A stretch of DNA of 64,000 nt from an uncultured Rickettsiales bacterium (GTDB taxonomy: Bacteria > Pseudomonadota > Alphaproteobacteria > Rs-D84). Below are positions 44,386 through 53,824 of the stretch, in pieces. Every line of letters begins with the position of its first letter. The first letter of the stretch is position 1. The DNA is taken from NCBI GenBank assembly GCA_900550495.1, contig URSJ01000004.1:7908-71907 (forward strand). Direction: 5' to 3'. The notes under the pieces were generated by a model. It made no database searches. It was not told the DNA's origin and saw only the letters and a list, made by a program, of their open reading frames with translations. The translations under genes and the position numbers were made by a program.

Positions 44386-44820
44386 ATGGCAGCAAAGAAA
44401 AATTACAAGACAATTGAATTACCGCCAAGATACACACCGAAAAAATCGGAACCGTATATGTGCCCCGAACAATTGGCGTATTTTTACCGCCTGTTGATGA
44501 CCCAGAAAGATGAAATTATTCATGAAAGCGATTCGGTTCTGAGTGCAGTGCGACTGGCCGAAAAAACCGAAGCAGCCGGTGTTGGCGATGATTCTGATAA
44601 CGCAACATACGAACAAGATATTACGATGAATCTGCGTATGTCAGAACGTGACAACAATTTGTTGAAAAAGATAAACGCCGCATTGGATCGTATTGAAAAC
44701 GGCACATACGGATACAGCGTTGTATCTGGCGATGAAATCGGCCTGAACCGAATGATGGCACGTCCCTTGGCGACGATGACAATCGAAGAACAAGAAGAAT
44801 ACGAACAACGCAATCCATAA
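44386..44820 (+). CDS. dksA: DksA/TraR-family RNA polymerase-binding protein lacking the Cys4 zinc finger
   Basis: Coiled-coil with acidic tip (DDSDNATYEQD). C-terminal GTYGYSVVSGDEIGLNRMMARPLATMTIEEQ aligns to the DksA finger, but all four Cys are replaced. Confidence 0.8.
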   Translation: MAAKKNYKTIELPPRYTPKKSEPYMCPEQLAYFYRLLMTQKDEIIHESDSVLSAVRLAEKTEAAGVGDDSDNATYEQDITMNLRMSERDNNLLKKINAALDRIENGTYGYSVVSGDEIGLNRMMARPLATMTIEEQEEYEQRNP

Positions 44821-44832
44821 AATGCGTAAAAA

Positions 44833-44870
44833 TAAAAACCGTGCATTTTGCACGGTTTAATTTTATTTTT
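44833..44870. terminator. Bidirectional terminator between dksA and tatA
   Basis: Hairpin AACCGTGC-ATTTT-GCACGGTT flanked by A-rich and T-rich runs. Confidence 0.75.
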
Positions 44871-45117
44871 TAGCTGCCGCTTTTTTTACAGGCTTTTTCG
44901 CAACAGATTTCTTGGTTGCGGTCTTAGCCGATTTTTTTGTGGTGACAGCCGGCTTGACGTCTTTTTTGTCATCAGGATTTGACTTCATCTCTTTCTTGAA
45001 GACGTTTATTCCGTCTGCCAGATTTTTCATCATACCCGGAATCTTTGCACTGCCGAATAAAATAACGACCAATACAACAATTACTAAAATTTCTGCCCAA
45101 CCAAGTCTGCCAAACAT
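44863..45117 (-). CDS. tatA: Twin-arginine translocase subunit TatA/E
   Basis: MFGRLGWAEILVIVVLVVILFGSAKIPGMMKNLADG followed by a Lys-rich tail. Confidence 0.88.
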   Translation of the reverse strand: MFGRLGWAEILVIVVLVVILFGSAKIPGMMKNLADGINVFKKEMKSNPDDKKDVKPAVTTKKSAKTATKKSVAKKPVKKAAAKK

Positions 45118-45129
45118 ATTTATCCCCTT

Positions 45130-45900
45130 TTATTTTGCAACATAGCAATCCAGACCATCAGATTTTGCATTACGACAAAATCCGTTTGCTTCGGCCGCGG
45201 TCGCGAACGCGATACGCAATCTGTAAATCGTTCCACCATTAACTTGAGCAGCCAAAATAACGAACTGTTTTCCTGCGAACAGATTCTGGTGACCACGCTG
45301 AATCTGGCGTTGCGCATTTTCCGCCAATGCGCGTGTGCTGTATGAGCCAAACTGAACATACCAACCACCGTGCGTCGTGGCAACCTGCTGCTTTACAGTT
45401 TTTTTCGGCGCAGCCTTTTGCACAGTTTTTTTTGCGGCCGGCTTTTTAGCCACTGGTTGTTTTGCCACAGGTTTATCTGGGTTAAACGTGACCGCCTTTC
45501 TGTCTTCTACAACGCGAACAGGAACGCCCGCTGTTTCCTGGGTTGGGGCAACAACTGGTTTTGGTGCCGGGACGGGTGCTGGCGCGGGAACCGCTGCTGC
45601 AACCGGTTCTGGCGTTGCATCTGCTGGCACTGGTGCCGGAGCTGGAACATCAATCGTATCCGCCCCATCAATAACAACAGATGGCGCATCTAAATCAACA
45701 TCTATCGATGACGAAGAATTTCCGCCAACCGTGCGAACAATAATATATGTCGCCAAGATGATGACAACAACCCCAATCCCCATCAATAACCACGGTTTTT
45801 TTGAACGTGGCGCGGCAAACGGCGCCGCATCTGGCAGTGTATCAACACCGTTTTCATCATCTAAATCCAATAAATCCAAATTGTTGTTATCTTCATTCAT
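45130..45900 (-). CDS. SPOR-domain protein (bitopic, Pro/Ala-rich linker)
   Basis: One TM segment (WLLMGIGVVVIILATYIIV). C-terminal SPOR fold pattern WYVQFGSYSTRALAENAQ..YRLRIAFATAAEANGFC. Confidence 0.8.
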   Translation of the reverse strand: MNEDNNNLDLLDLDDENGVDTLPDAAPFAAPRSKKPWLLMGIGVVVIILATYIIVRTVGGNSSSSIDVDLDAPSVVIDGADTIDVPAPAPVPADATPEPVAAAVPAPAPVPAPKPVVAPTQETAGVPVRVVEDRKAVTFNPDKPVAKQPVAKKPAAKKTVQKAAPKKTVKQQVATTHGGWYVQFGSYSTRALAENAQRQIQRGHQNLFAGKQFVILAAQVNGGTIYRLRIAFATAAEANGFCRNAKSDGLDCYVAK

Positions 45901-45942
45901 CTGGACACTCCTCCCCGTGGCTGAAAATTTCTATTTGTGAAT

Positions 45943-45951
45943 ATTATATCA
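45943..45951 (-). promoter_or_regulatory. Extended -10 element TGATATAAT for the SPOR gene
   Basis: Gene-orientation sequence TTTTGTGATATAAT. It is embedded in a 7-bp inverted repeat TTTGTGA-N8-TCACAAA at 45934-45955. Confidence 0.5.
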
Positions 45952-45986
45952 CAAAAAAAGCCAATTAACAAAGAATATATACCATT

Positions 45987-46130
45987 TTATTTTGGCATTT
46001 GACCAAAGTGTGGTGGAACAATCAGTTTATGATTTTCTGTGATAATTGGTTCACTTTCGCACGTCCGGGCACACGCCGACAATGCGATTGGCATTGCAAC
46101 CACCGCCAATAACAAAATAATTTTTTTCAT
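45987..46130 (-). CDS. Small lipoprotein (47 aa), not in the ORF track
   Basis: MKKIILLLAVVAMPIALSAC.. has a lipobox LSAC. AGGATGGAAAG SD. Confidence 0.45.
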   Translation of the reverse strand: MKKIILLLAVVAMPIALSACARTCESEPIITENHKLIVPPHFGQMPK

Positions 46131-46186
46131 CTTTCCATCCTTTTATAAACAAATAGGTGCGCAGATTTCCACGCACCCTGCACTTT

Positions 46187-47920
46187 TTATTGTGGCATTT
46201 TAACCGCATCTTTCATTTGAGCAATAAATTCAGACAGCGACATTGTTTCCTGTTTCTCCACGCCCAAACGACGCAACGTTACCGTTTTGTCTGCGGCCTC
46301 TTTTTCACCAACAACCGCAATAATCGGCGTTTTCGCCAGCGATAGTTCACGAATCTTGTAGTTCACCTTTTCATCACGCAAATCGGCACGTGCCCACACG
46401 CCCGCGTTGCGCAATTCGTCGGCGACCATTGTCGCATATTCCGCAACCTTGCCCGAAATTGGTGCAACAACAACCGGCTCTGGCGATAACCACAATGGCA
46501 GATTGCCCCCCGTTGATTCCAGCAAGATTCCCATAAAGCGTTCAATTGAACCCAACATCGCGCGGTGCAACATAATCGGACGATGTTTTTCGCCATCTTC
46601 GCCGACATAGGACAAATCAAAACGTTCTGGCAAATTCATATCCAACTGAATCGTGCCACACTGCCAAATTCGTCCCATTGAATCTTTCAGATAGCTATCA
46701 ATTTTCGGGCCATAGAACGCCGCGTCCCCTTCGGCAATTTCGTATTCAATACCATTGTCGTCCAGTGCGCGTTTCAGTGCCGCTTCGGCCTTGTCCCAAA
46801 TTTCATCTGACCCGATACGGAATTCAGATTCTTTACGGGTTGCCAATTTCATTGAAATTTTATCAAAACCGAATTTACCATAAATATCCTTGATAAAGCG
46901 CAAAATCTTTACAACTTCGTTTTCCAGTTGTTCTTCGGTACAGAAAATATGCGCATCATCCTGAGTAAATTCACGAACGCGCATCAGTCCCGACAAACCA
47001 CCAGCCGCCTCGTAACGATTTACCTTACCGAATTCGGCTAAATACATTGGTAAATCTTTATACGATTTGATTCCCTGACCAAAAACCAACATGCCGCCCG
47101 GACAAGACATCGGCTTTACACAGAACGTTTTGCCGTCTTGGGTTTTACCAAAATAATTATGTTCGCCATACTTTGCCCAGTGACCACTGCGCTCCCACAG
47201 ACTGCGATCCATGACCGATGGCGTAGAAATTTCCAAATACCCTGCCCGTTCCTGGCGATCACGGATATATTCAATCAGACGACGATAAATCTTGTATCCC
47301 TTGTCGTGCCAGAATACTGCGCCAGGAGCATAATCTGGTTCAAAATGGAACAAATCCATATCACGCCCCAGTTTACGGTTATCACGCGCGGCGGCCTCGG
47401 CCACATTTTTCAAATGCTGTTCCAGTTCTTCGCGTGTTGCAAATGCATCAACATAAATACGCTGTAACATTTTATTTTTTGCATTACCCTTCCAGTATGC
47501 GCCTGCAACATTGCGAATTTTAAACGCATCACGTGGCAAATCCTTGGACGATTCAACGTGTGGCCCACGGCACAAGTCAATAAAATCACGGAATGCATAA
47601 ACCGATAACGTTTCGCCTGCGGTATCGTATTCGTTTAACCATTCCATTTTATACGGTTGATTGGCGAATAACTGTTTCGCCTCGTCCAGGCTGACATTAC
47701 GCTGTTCAAAACGGCCGTTTGATTTAATCAGCGCGTGCATTTCGTGTTCAATTTTTTCAAAGTCTTCTTCCGAAAATCTGTGTTCAGTATCAAAATCATA
47801 GTAAAACCCATTTTCAATTGCTGGGCCGCCCGCGAATTTAACATCTGGATACAGTTTCTGAACCGCTGACGCCATAACATGCGCCAGCGAATGACGAATC
47901 GTTTCTATTGGATATGACAT
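46187..47920 (-). CDS. thrS: Threonine--tRNA ligase lacking the N-terminal TGS domain
   Basis: Begins at the editing-domain motif IRHSLAHVMA. Class II catalytic core and C-terminal anticodon-binding domain are present. Length 577 aa. Confidence 0.93.
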   Translation of the reverse strand: MSYPIETIRHSLAHVMASAVQKLYPDVKFAGGPAIENGFYYDFDTEHRFSEEDFEKIEHEMHALIKSNGRFEQRNVSLDEAKQLFANQPYKMEWLNEYDTAGETLSVYAFRDFIDLCRGPHVESSKDLPRDAFKIRNVAGAYWKGNAKNKMLQRIYVDAFATREELEQHLKNVAEAAARDNRKLGRDMDLFHFEPDYAPGAVFWHDKGYKIYRRLIEYIRDRQERAGYLEISTPSVMDRSLWERSGHWAKYGEHNYFGKTQDGKTFCVKPMSCPGGMLVFGQGIKSYKDLPMYLAEFGKVNRYEAAGGLSGLMRVREFTQDDAHIFCTEEQLENEVVKILRFIKDIYGKFGFDKISMKLATRKESEFRIGSDEIWDKAEAALKRALDDNGIEYEIAEGDAAFYGPKIDSYLKDSMGRIWQCGTIQLDMNLPERFDLSYVGEDGEKHRPIMLHRAMLGSIERFMGILLESTGGNLPLWLSPEPVVVAPISGKVAEYATMVADELRNAGVWARADLRDEKVNYKIRELSLAKTPIIAVVGEKEAADKTVTLRRLGVEKQETMSLSEFIAQMKDAVKMPQ

Positions 47921-48110
47921 AATTATAAACCTTTCTTACTTTGGTCTTGGTATTGTTTTTTTATTTTATTTGATTATTGCATGACGCGGTCAAAACCGCA
48001 AACAGAATTTACACCCCCAAAGGGGTTGTTGTAGTTGTTGTAAATGTCAAAATAGTCACAAACTTTTTCATATCTCATGTATTGTATGACGTTATAATAT
48101 AAAAATCAAT

Positions 48111-48134
48111 AAAAAATGCCAGCAAGCCGGCATT
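48111..48134 (-). terminator. Terminator after the hemolysin III family gene
   Basis: Minus-strand hairpin ATGCC..GGCAT followed by TTTTTT. Confidence 0.5.
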
Positions 48135-48137
48135 TTA

Positions 48138-48884
48138 TTAATAATCAATTATGCACCCGAACAGCACTGCGAAAAAGAAACACACACTGCCCCCGATTAC
48201 AAACAGATGCCATATCGCATGTGAAAACTTTAACCGACGCCACAGATAGAATATTACCCCCACCGAATACGACAGACCACCGGCTAAAATAAACCACATA
48301 CCGCGCGACGGAATATATTTTATCATTGCCGGCAAAATAAACAGCAATGTCCACCCCATAACCAGATACAGTAACACCATCCATTTTGGCTGCTGCTTTG
48401 GGTTACGGATTTTCATAACTGCGCCAAATATCACAATCGCCCATAAAATACCAAACACGGTCCAGCCGATTGGCCCACGCAAATTCACCAACATAAATGG
48501 CGTGTATGTGCCGGCAATCAAGGCATATATGGCAACACTGTCCCAAATCTCAAAGAAACATTCGCCGGGTTTGCCAATGGTTGCGTGACACATTGTTGAA
48601 CCAAAATACAGCGTGAACATTGTCAGACCAAAAATCGCACACGATACAATCGCCCACGCATTGCCGGCCAACGCCGCATATACAACCAACAGTGTCAATC
48701 CTGCGATTGCCAACCCGATACCAATACCGTGGGTTAAAATATTTAATGCTTCTTCCCCTTTGGTGCTGGGGCGTTCCCAGCGAAACAACCCCGTTGCACG
48801 CAATATACGCAACAGGCGTCCGCCACGCGCATCACGTTTAACCTGGCGCACCAGGGTGCGCGAATGTTTTTTTGTTTTAACCAT
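48138..48884 (-). CDS. Hemolysin III / PAQR family membrane protein
   Basis: Seven TM segments with NILTHGIG, CHAT and SHAIWHLFV motifs. Confidence 0.85.
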   Translation of the reverse strand: MVKTKKHSRTLVRQVKRDARGGRLLRILRATGLFRWERPSTKGEEALNILTHGIGIGLAIAGLTLLVVYAALAGNAWAIVSCAIFGLTMFTLYFGSTMCHATIGKPGECFFEIWDSVAIYALIAGTYTPFMLVNLRGPIGWTVFGILWAIVIFGAVMKIRNPKQQPKWMVLLYLVMGWTLLFILPAMIKYIPSRGMWFILAGGLSYSVGVIFYLWRRLKFSHAIWHLFVIGGSVCFFFAVLFGCIIDY

Positions 48885-50457
48885 TTACAATCTCCTCTAT
48901 TCTTTGTTTTACCATATCTGCCCCCATAACTTGCATAACAGAATACAAATCTGGTGTATTTGTCCGCCCTGTCATCGCTACGCGCAAATTCATCGCAACG
49001 TCACCGTTTTTAAGTCCGCACGCCGACGCAATCGCAACAATTTTGTTCCACCACGCGTCCTTGTCATCGTTTATGTCAAACGTCGTCAGAAACGCCGTCA
49101 AAACATCGCGATTAAACGCATATTCAGAATTCTTGGTGTGCAACGCGTCCCAGAAATACGCGATTTCGTCCAACGTCTGGCGCCAGGTGACAAAATCCTT
49201 GCGGATACGTTTTGGATTATCGCGCTCAATTCCCAATGCCGCCGCCAGATACTGTGAATTTGCGACCTGCATTTTTTGGACATCATTACCGTATTCATTT
49301 GCCCAATCTGTGATATTGCGAACCAAATCCGTCACAGACAATGTTGCGATATATTCACGCGCCCACCATTCCAGTTTTTTCATATCAAACAACGCACCAG
49401 AAATCGGAATCTTTTTTACACGCAACGGGTATTGCCAGATAGATGAAACCTGGCCTTTGGATTTAGCCTCTTCATAACCCGATGCCGCTATATTGCCCAG
49501 GTATTCCAGCACCGCCGCCGTTGGCCAACCATCGGCCAAGAAAAATGCAACATTTGCCTCGGGGTCTTTGCGTTTGGACAATTTGCGTTGTTTGCCGGTT
49601 TCGTCATCTATTTTATCAATCGTTGACGTGTGAACATACATCGGCGCAGTCCACCCCATCATACGAAACAACTGTGCGTGCAACGGGAACGACGGCAACC
49701 ACTCTTCGCCACGAACGACGTGTGTTGTGCGCATAAAATGGTCATCAACCAAGTGTGCAAAATGATACGTCGGCAACCGGTCGTTTGATTTAATCAGAAC
49801 AATATCTTCGTTATTTTCTGGAAATCCGATTGAACCACGCACCGCGTCCTTGCAGAAAATACGCTTTGACGGGTCGCCAGTTGAATACAAACGAATCGTT
49901 GGCACCTCACCATTGTCCAGATGTGCAATGATTTCATCATCTGTTAAATCGCGGTCACGCGCAAATTCACCATAAATACCGGTTGCAAAACCTGCTGCCT
50001 TTTGATTCGCACGTATTTTTTCCATATCGTCCGCGGTCAAAAAACAAGGATACGCCAGCCCACGCGCCAACAAATCGGCCGCCACACTGTGATAAATATC
50101 ACGACGTTGGGACTGGTAATACGGGCCGTATTCTGGCATATCATTATACTCCAACCCAAAACGATGCATTGAGTCAACAATGATGTCAACTGCAGACGCA
50201 ACCTCGCGCTTGGTATCCGTATCTTCGATGCGCAGCATAAATACACCACCAGTATCACGCGCCAATTTGCAGTCAACCAGTGCGCCATACAACCCGCCCA
50301 AATGCATAAAGCCCGTGGGGCTGGGTGCAAAACGTGTCACAAACGCGCCGTCTGGCAAATTGCGTGGAGGAAACTTTTTTTCCAGTTCGTCCAGTGTATA
50401 TTTCGGCGATTCCCCCAACACGCGTGCGATTAATTCTGATGATAAACCATTACGCAT
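48877..50457 (-). CDS. gltX: Glutamate--tRNA ligase (long form)
   Basis: HIGH-type motif RFAPSPTGFMHLGG and KMSKS-type motif KLSKRK. Co-occurs with GatCAB. Confidence 0.88.
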   Translation of the reverse strand: MRNGLSSELIARVLGESPKYTLDELEKKFPPRNLPDGAFVTRFAPSPTGFMHLGGLYGALVDCKLARDTGGVFMLRIEDTDTKREVASAVDIIVDSMHRFGLEYNDMPEYGPYYQSQRRDIYHSVAADLLARGLAYPCFLTADDMEKIRANQKAAGFATGIYGEFARDRDLTDDEIIAHLDNGEVPTIRLYSTGDPSKRIFCKDAVRGSIGFPENNEDIVLIKSNDRLPTYHFAHLVDDHFMRTTHVVRGEEWLPSFPLHAQLFRMMGWTAPMYVHTSTIDKIDDETGKQRKLSKRKDPEANVAFFLADGWPTAAVLEYLGNIAASGYEEAKSKGQVSSIWQYPLRVKKIPISGALFDMKKLEWWAREYIATLSVTDLVRNITDWANEYGNDVQKMQVANSQYLAAALGIERDNPKRIRKDFVTWRQTLDEIAYFWDALHTKNSEYAFNRDVLTAFLTTFDINDDKDAWWNKIVAIASACGLKNGDVAMNLRVAMTGRTNTPDLYSVMQVMGADMVKQRIEEIVNG

Positions 50458-50480
50458 CTTTATTTTCCTTTACCCAATTA

Positions 50481-51011
50481 TTATTTTGTTTTAGCGAATA
50501 CAACTATATCACGTGGCACGCCATGCAACATCATAAATTTACGCAGCACCCCTTCGCGTGCGTATCCCGCACGCCTGGCCACCGCCTGAGATGGCAGGTT
50601 TTCAGTATCCACACGAATTTCAATTCTGTTTAATCCCAGCACATCAAAGCCATATAGTTCCAGCATACCTACTGCGCGTGTCATGATGCCCTGCCCCATT
50701 GCATCGCGGGATAACCAATATCCGATTTCGCCGCGCTTGTCCGCCTCGTTCAGCTCAACAAAACTGACGGACCCACGGATTGCACCATTTTGCGTTATAA
50801 AATATGACCCTTTTTTAGTATCAAACCCTTTGACCAATGCAGGGTATTCATCTTCGGGTGTTTTAACGAATTTCACCCAGTTTAACCACTGGGCCAAATA
50901 TTCGCGTTGCCCATCAATCAACGTAAAAACAGTGCGCGCGTTTTCAAACGTTGGCGCAATTTTTTCCAATAGAAAATCACCGGCGTTCATGACCAGTGGA
51001 AACTCTGCCAT
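50481..51011 (-). CDS. GNAT family N-acetyltransferase (RimJ/RimL-like)
   Basis: Pattern EIGYWLSRDAMGQGIMTRAV..NLPSQAVARRAGYAREG. Confidence 0.8.
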   Translation of the reverse strand: MAEFPLVMNAGDFLLEKIAPTFENARTVFTLIDGQREYLAQWLNWVKFVKTPEDEYPALVKGFDTKKGSYFITQNGAIRGSVSFVELNEADKRGEIGYWLSRDAMGQGIMTRAVGMLELYGFDVLGLNRIEIRVDTENLPSQAVARRAGYAREGVLRKFMMLHGVPRDIVVFAKTK

Positions 51012-51055
51012 TAATTTACCTTGTTTTATATTATATCGGATTCTATACTAAATAT

Positions 51056-51694
51056 ATGGAAAAACAAGAAATAAGAACTTTTGGTCGCCGACACGGCAAA
51101 AAATTATCTGCACGCAAGCAGCACCTGTTGGCAAATGTTTTGCCACAAATTACGGCAAAAAATGACGAAAATGCTGGGGATTTCAATATTCTGGAAATAG
51201 GATTTGGCGCAGGCGAACACGTGCGCGATTTGGCACGTGAAATCCCAGACGCCACAATTATCGGTGCCGAACCGTTTGTGAACGGCGTTGCGGCATTACT
51301 GGGCGCGATGACGGACGACAAGACAAACGAAATTTTACCCGAATACAAAAATATCCGCATTTACCCGGACGATGTGCGCGATTTCCTGCGCACGGGTAAT
51401 ATGAAATTCAAACAAATTTGGATTTTACACCCTGACCCATGGCCCAAGGCAAAGCATGAAAAGCGTCGCCTGTTGCAGGCCGAATTTATAAATCTGTTGG
51501 CGTCGCACCTGACCGATGACGGCGAAATTATTATCGGCACAGACCATTGGGGATATTACGATTGGATTATTGACCAGGTGTCACACACAAACCTAAATGC
51601 CACAGTGCCCGACATCGCAACAATTCAGACACGTTATCAAAACAAAAACATGGCTGCCACAGACGCACCGAAATATCTGGTTGTTACCCGATAA
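51056..51694 (+). CDS. trmB: tRNA (guanine46-N7)-methyltransferase
   Basis: Motifs LEIGFGAGEH and HPDPWPKAKHEKRRL. Start set to ATG 51056 (MEKQEI). Confidence 0.87.
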   Translation: MEKQEIRTFGRRHGKKLSARKQHLLANVLPQITAKNDENAGDFNILEIGFGAGEHVRDLAREIPDATIIGAEPFVNGVAALLGAMTDDKTNEILPEYKNIRIYPDDVRDFLRTGNMKFKQIWILHPDPWPKAKHEKRRLLQAEFINLLASHLTDDGEIIIGTDHWGYYDWIIDQVSHTNLNATVPDIATIQTRYQNKNMAATDAPKYLVVTR

Positions 51695-52361
51695 AAAATT
51701 TCAAATTTGATAATTTTTCTGGTCGCAATTGTTCGGTCAAACGCATAACCTGATCTATGCGTACGGGATTCGCCATTGGCGCAAAATGCACTTCACCTTT
51801 AAATGTTCCCATTGCATTTAACGCGCCATAAAAACGCCCAACAAAGTCTGACTTGTCACCCATATCGTGCGACATTGCAAATATCACAGACGACGCCCCC
51901 AACGCATTTAGCGCATCGAACACATCTGACCAATCAGATGGTTCTATTTTGCATATATCCAATCCGACGGACAATTTTTTATTAAAAAACAAATCTTCAC
52001 GAATCGGGCCCAAATTTTTTACAATTGTCCCCAGATCAATTACCCGCATGAACATCTGGGCACAGGCGGCACCGCATTTAAACGCCGAATTGATATTCAT
52101 GGTCAATTCAGATGCATCTGCCGCCCCGATACCACGTGGACGCGTCGGCACATAAAAACGCGTTGAAATTTGAATTTTAGTTTGTTCAACCCATGGCCAA
52201 ACAATTTTAACAGCCGATGTTCCAACCGATATGTCATGCACCCCATGTGCGATAGCATCATCAACAACCCCTGCCAGCGCATTTGCATCCATATCCGCCG
52301 GGCACCATGCCGCCACGTGACCGTTTAATAATTCGCCAAGAATGTTTTCGTTATCAATCAT
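51684..52361 (-). CDS. Hypothetical protein (225 aa)
   Basis: Long ORF with no motif I recognise. Confidence 0.55.
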   Translation of the reverse strand: MIDNENILGELLNGHVAAWCPADMDANALAGVVDDAIAHGVHDISVGTSAVKIVWPWVEQTKIQISTRFYVPTRPRGIGAADASELTMNINSAFKCGAACAQMFMRVIDLGTIVKNLGPIREDLFFNKKLSVGLDICKIEPSDWSDVFDALNALGASSVIFAMSHDMGDKSDFVGRFYGALNAMGTFKGEVHFAPMANPVRIDQVMRLTEQLRPEKLSNLKFFIG

Positions 52362-52386
52362 TACGCTTTTTACTTTATCACAAATA

Positions 52387-52395
52387 TGATATAAT
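52387..52395 (+). promoter_or_regulatory. Extended -10 element TGATATAAT, 9 nt upstream of ATG 52405 (leaderless or near-leaderless)
   Basis: Sequence TGATATAATTGAAATCAAATG with no SD. Confidence 0.4.
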
Positions 52396-52404
52396 TGAAA
52401 TCAA

Positions 52405-53307
52405 ATGAAATACAGAATTGATAACATGTTGCTCGGCCTATTGTGGTTACTGGTAATAACACTGGTGGCCTGTTTTTGGTTTAACACAATGTTCGGGTTC
52501 AATTTGTTTATCGGCGCACATTGGCAGTACTTGGCCTATCTCCAGGCGGCCCAGACACCAATCAAACCTTCATTTTATATATCGCTGATTATTATATCTG
52601 CGGTAATGATATGCGGACTATATTTGATTATGCGACCGCGCTTTCGTAAAATTCGTCTTCCGATTATGCGGATTAACACACGAAAAAAAGTGATGTCTAT
52701 CCCTGACGTCCCCGCCACGCAGCCAGCACCTGTCCACACATCTACACCTGCTGTTATGAACACGCCTGCACGCCCTCCGCGTCTGAACGCGGCGACATTG
52801 GGTGGCATGCTAACCATGGCGGGCAATCCTGCCACGACGCACGCAAACACTGCGCAGACCACGACGCCACCTGCCCCTCCGAAACCCAGTGACATTGAAA
52901 TTGCACAAATTACTGAAATATTTAAATCCGCGGGATATACAACCAAGAATCCACCACGCATAAATGGTAACCGGATGAGTTTGCTGGCCATCGGCACAAA
53001 TGAGACACTGTGGTTGGGGGCGCATGGGATTGCCACCACTGACATGCGGCACGCAATTGATAAATTAAACGATGTGTTTTCAGATACGCTGGACGATATA
53101 TATATAAATGTGAACGGTTTTATCATTGGCGCACCAGACGCCGCAACCGCCGAATTTGACGACATACTTATGTTTAATGATGTGGACGGGCTGCGTGAAT
53201 ACATCACCGCGCATCCGAATGCCCCCCTGCCCGATGATGACAATGGGAACTTTGACGCATATTCTGAATACATTGATACTGTCATAAATTACATAGGTAA
53301 AATCTGA
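52405..53307 (+). CDS. Membrane protein with Pro-rich linker and unknown C-terminal domain (300 aa)
   Basis: Three predicted N-terminal TM helices. Its stop overlaps the next start (TGATG). Confidence 0.6.
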   Translation: MKYRIDNMLLGLLWLLVITLVACFWFNTMFGFNLFIGAHWQYLAYLQAAQTPIKPSFYISLIIISAVMICGLYLIMRPRFRKIRLPIMRINTRKKVMSIPDVPATQPAPVHTSTPAVMNTPARPPRLNAATLGGMLTMAGNPATTHANTAQTTTPPAPPKPSDIEIAQITEIFKSAGYTTKNPPRINGNRMSLLAIGTNETLWLGAHGIATTDMRHAIDKLNDVFSDTLDDIYINVNGFIIGAPDAATAEFDDILMFNDVDGLREYITAHPNAPLPDDDNGNFDAYSEYIDTVINYIGKI

Positions 53308-53813
53308 TGCAATGGTCACAAGATACCGCAATGCGACGCGCACGCGAACTGAATATCGACGATATTCCGTTGGTGTGTCATCGTCCTGTGTTGGTGCCGG
53401 TTGACCCCAATTGGTTTGCACGTTACAAAACATTGAAGCATAAATTTATGCAAACACTGACCGATTCGGTCGATACTTTGGCATTTATGAATTTAACCCA
53501 AGATGAATTTATGGGGCTGGTTATGGGAACACGCCTGCCCGACAATATGTCGTTTCGTTTTCGGATTCCATTGGTATGGGGGGGAAAACTGGAACTGGAA
53601 AATTTGTTTATGTGCCAGACATTTCCGCATTCACATAATATGGACAGATTGATTATTGAGCAATCTGGCAACGATATGATTTGGTTACCAAATCCGACAA
53701 AAAAAATATATGTCCCTGCACACACCGCTGGTGGCGGTGATGGTGGTAACGCGACCGAGGACAGATTATCACAAATGGCTGCACAAATGGCCAGTGCACG
53801 CGGTATGGAGTAA
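53307..53813 (+). CDS. Hypothetical protein with a degenerate HNH-like core (168 aa)
   Basis: FRFRIPLVWGGKLELENLFMCQTFPHSHNMD aligns by eye to the HNH pattern HH-IxPL-xxGG-x5-NL-xx-LC-xxCH-xxxH. The first His position is not conserved. Confidence 0.5.
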   Translation: MQWSQDTAMRRARELNIDDIPLVCHRPVLVPVDPNWFARYKTLKHKFMQTLTDSVDTLAFMNLTQDEFMGLVMGTRLPDNMSFRFRIPLVWGGKLELENLFMCQTFPHSHNMDRLIIEQSGNDMIWLPNPTKKIYVPAHTAGGGDGGNATEDRLSQMAAQMASARGME

Positions 53814-53824
53814 CGGAAAGAATT

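Noticed and set aside
47921-48110. Two small hairpins in the thrS leader (CCCC-TTT-GGGG and GCGGT-TTTG-ACCGC on the minus strand) as a tRNA-Thr anticodon-arm mimic, as in E. coli thrS autoregulation, or as a T-box.
   Set aside because: The loops are only 3-4 nt and contain no Thr anticodon-like triplet in a 7-nt loop. No T-box specifier or antiterminator architecture is visible.
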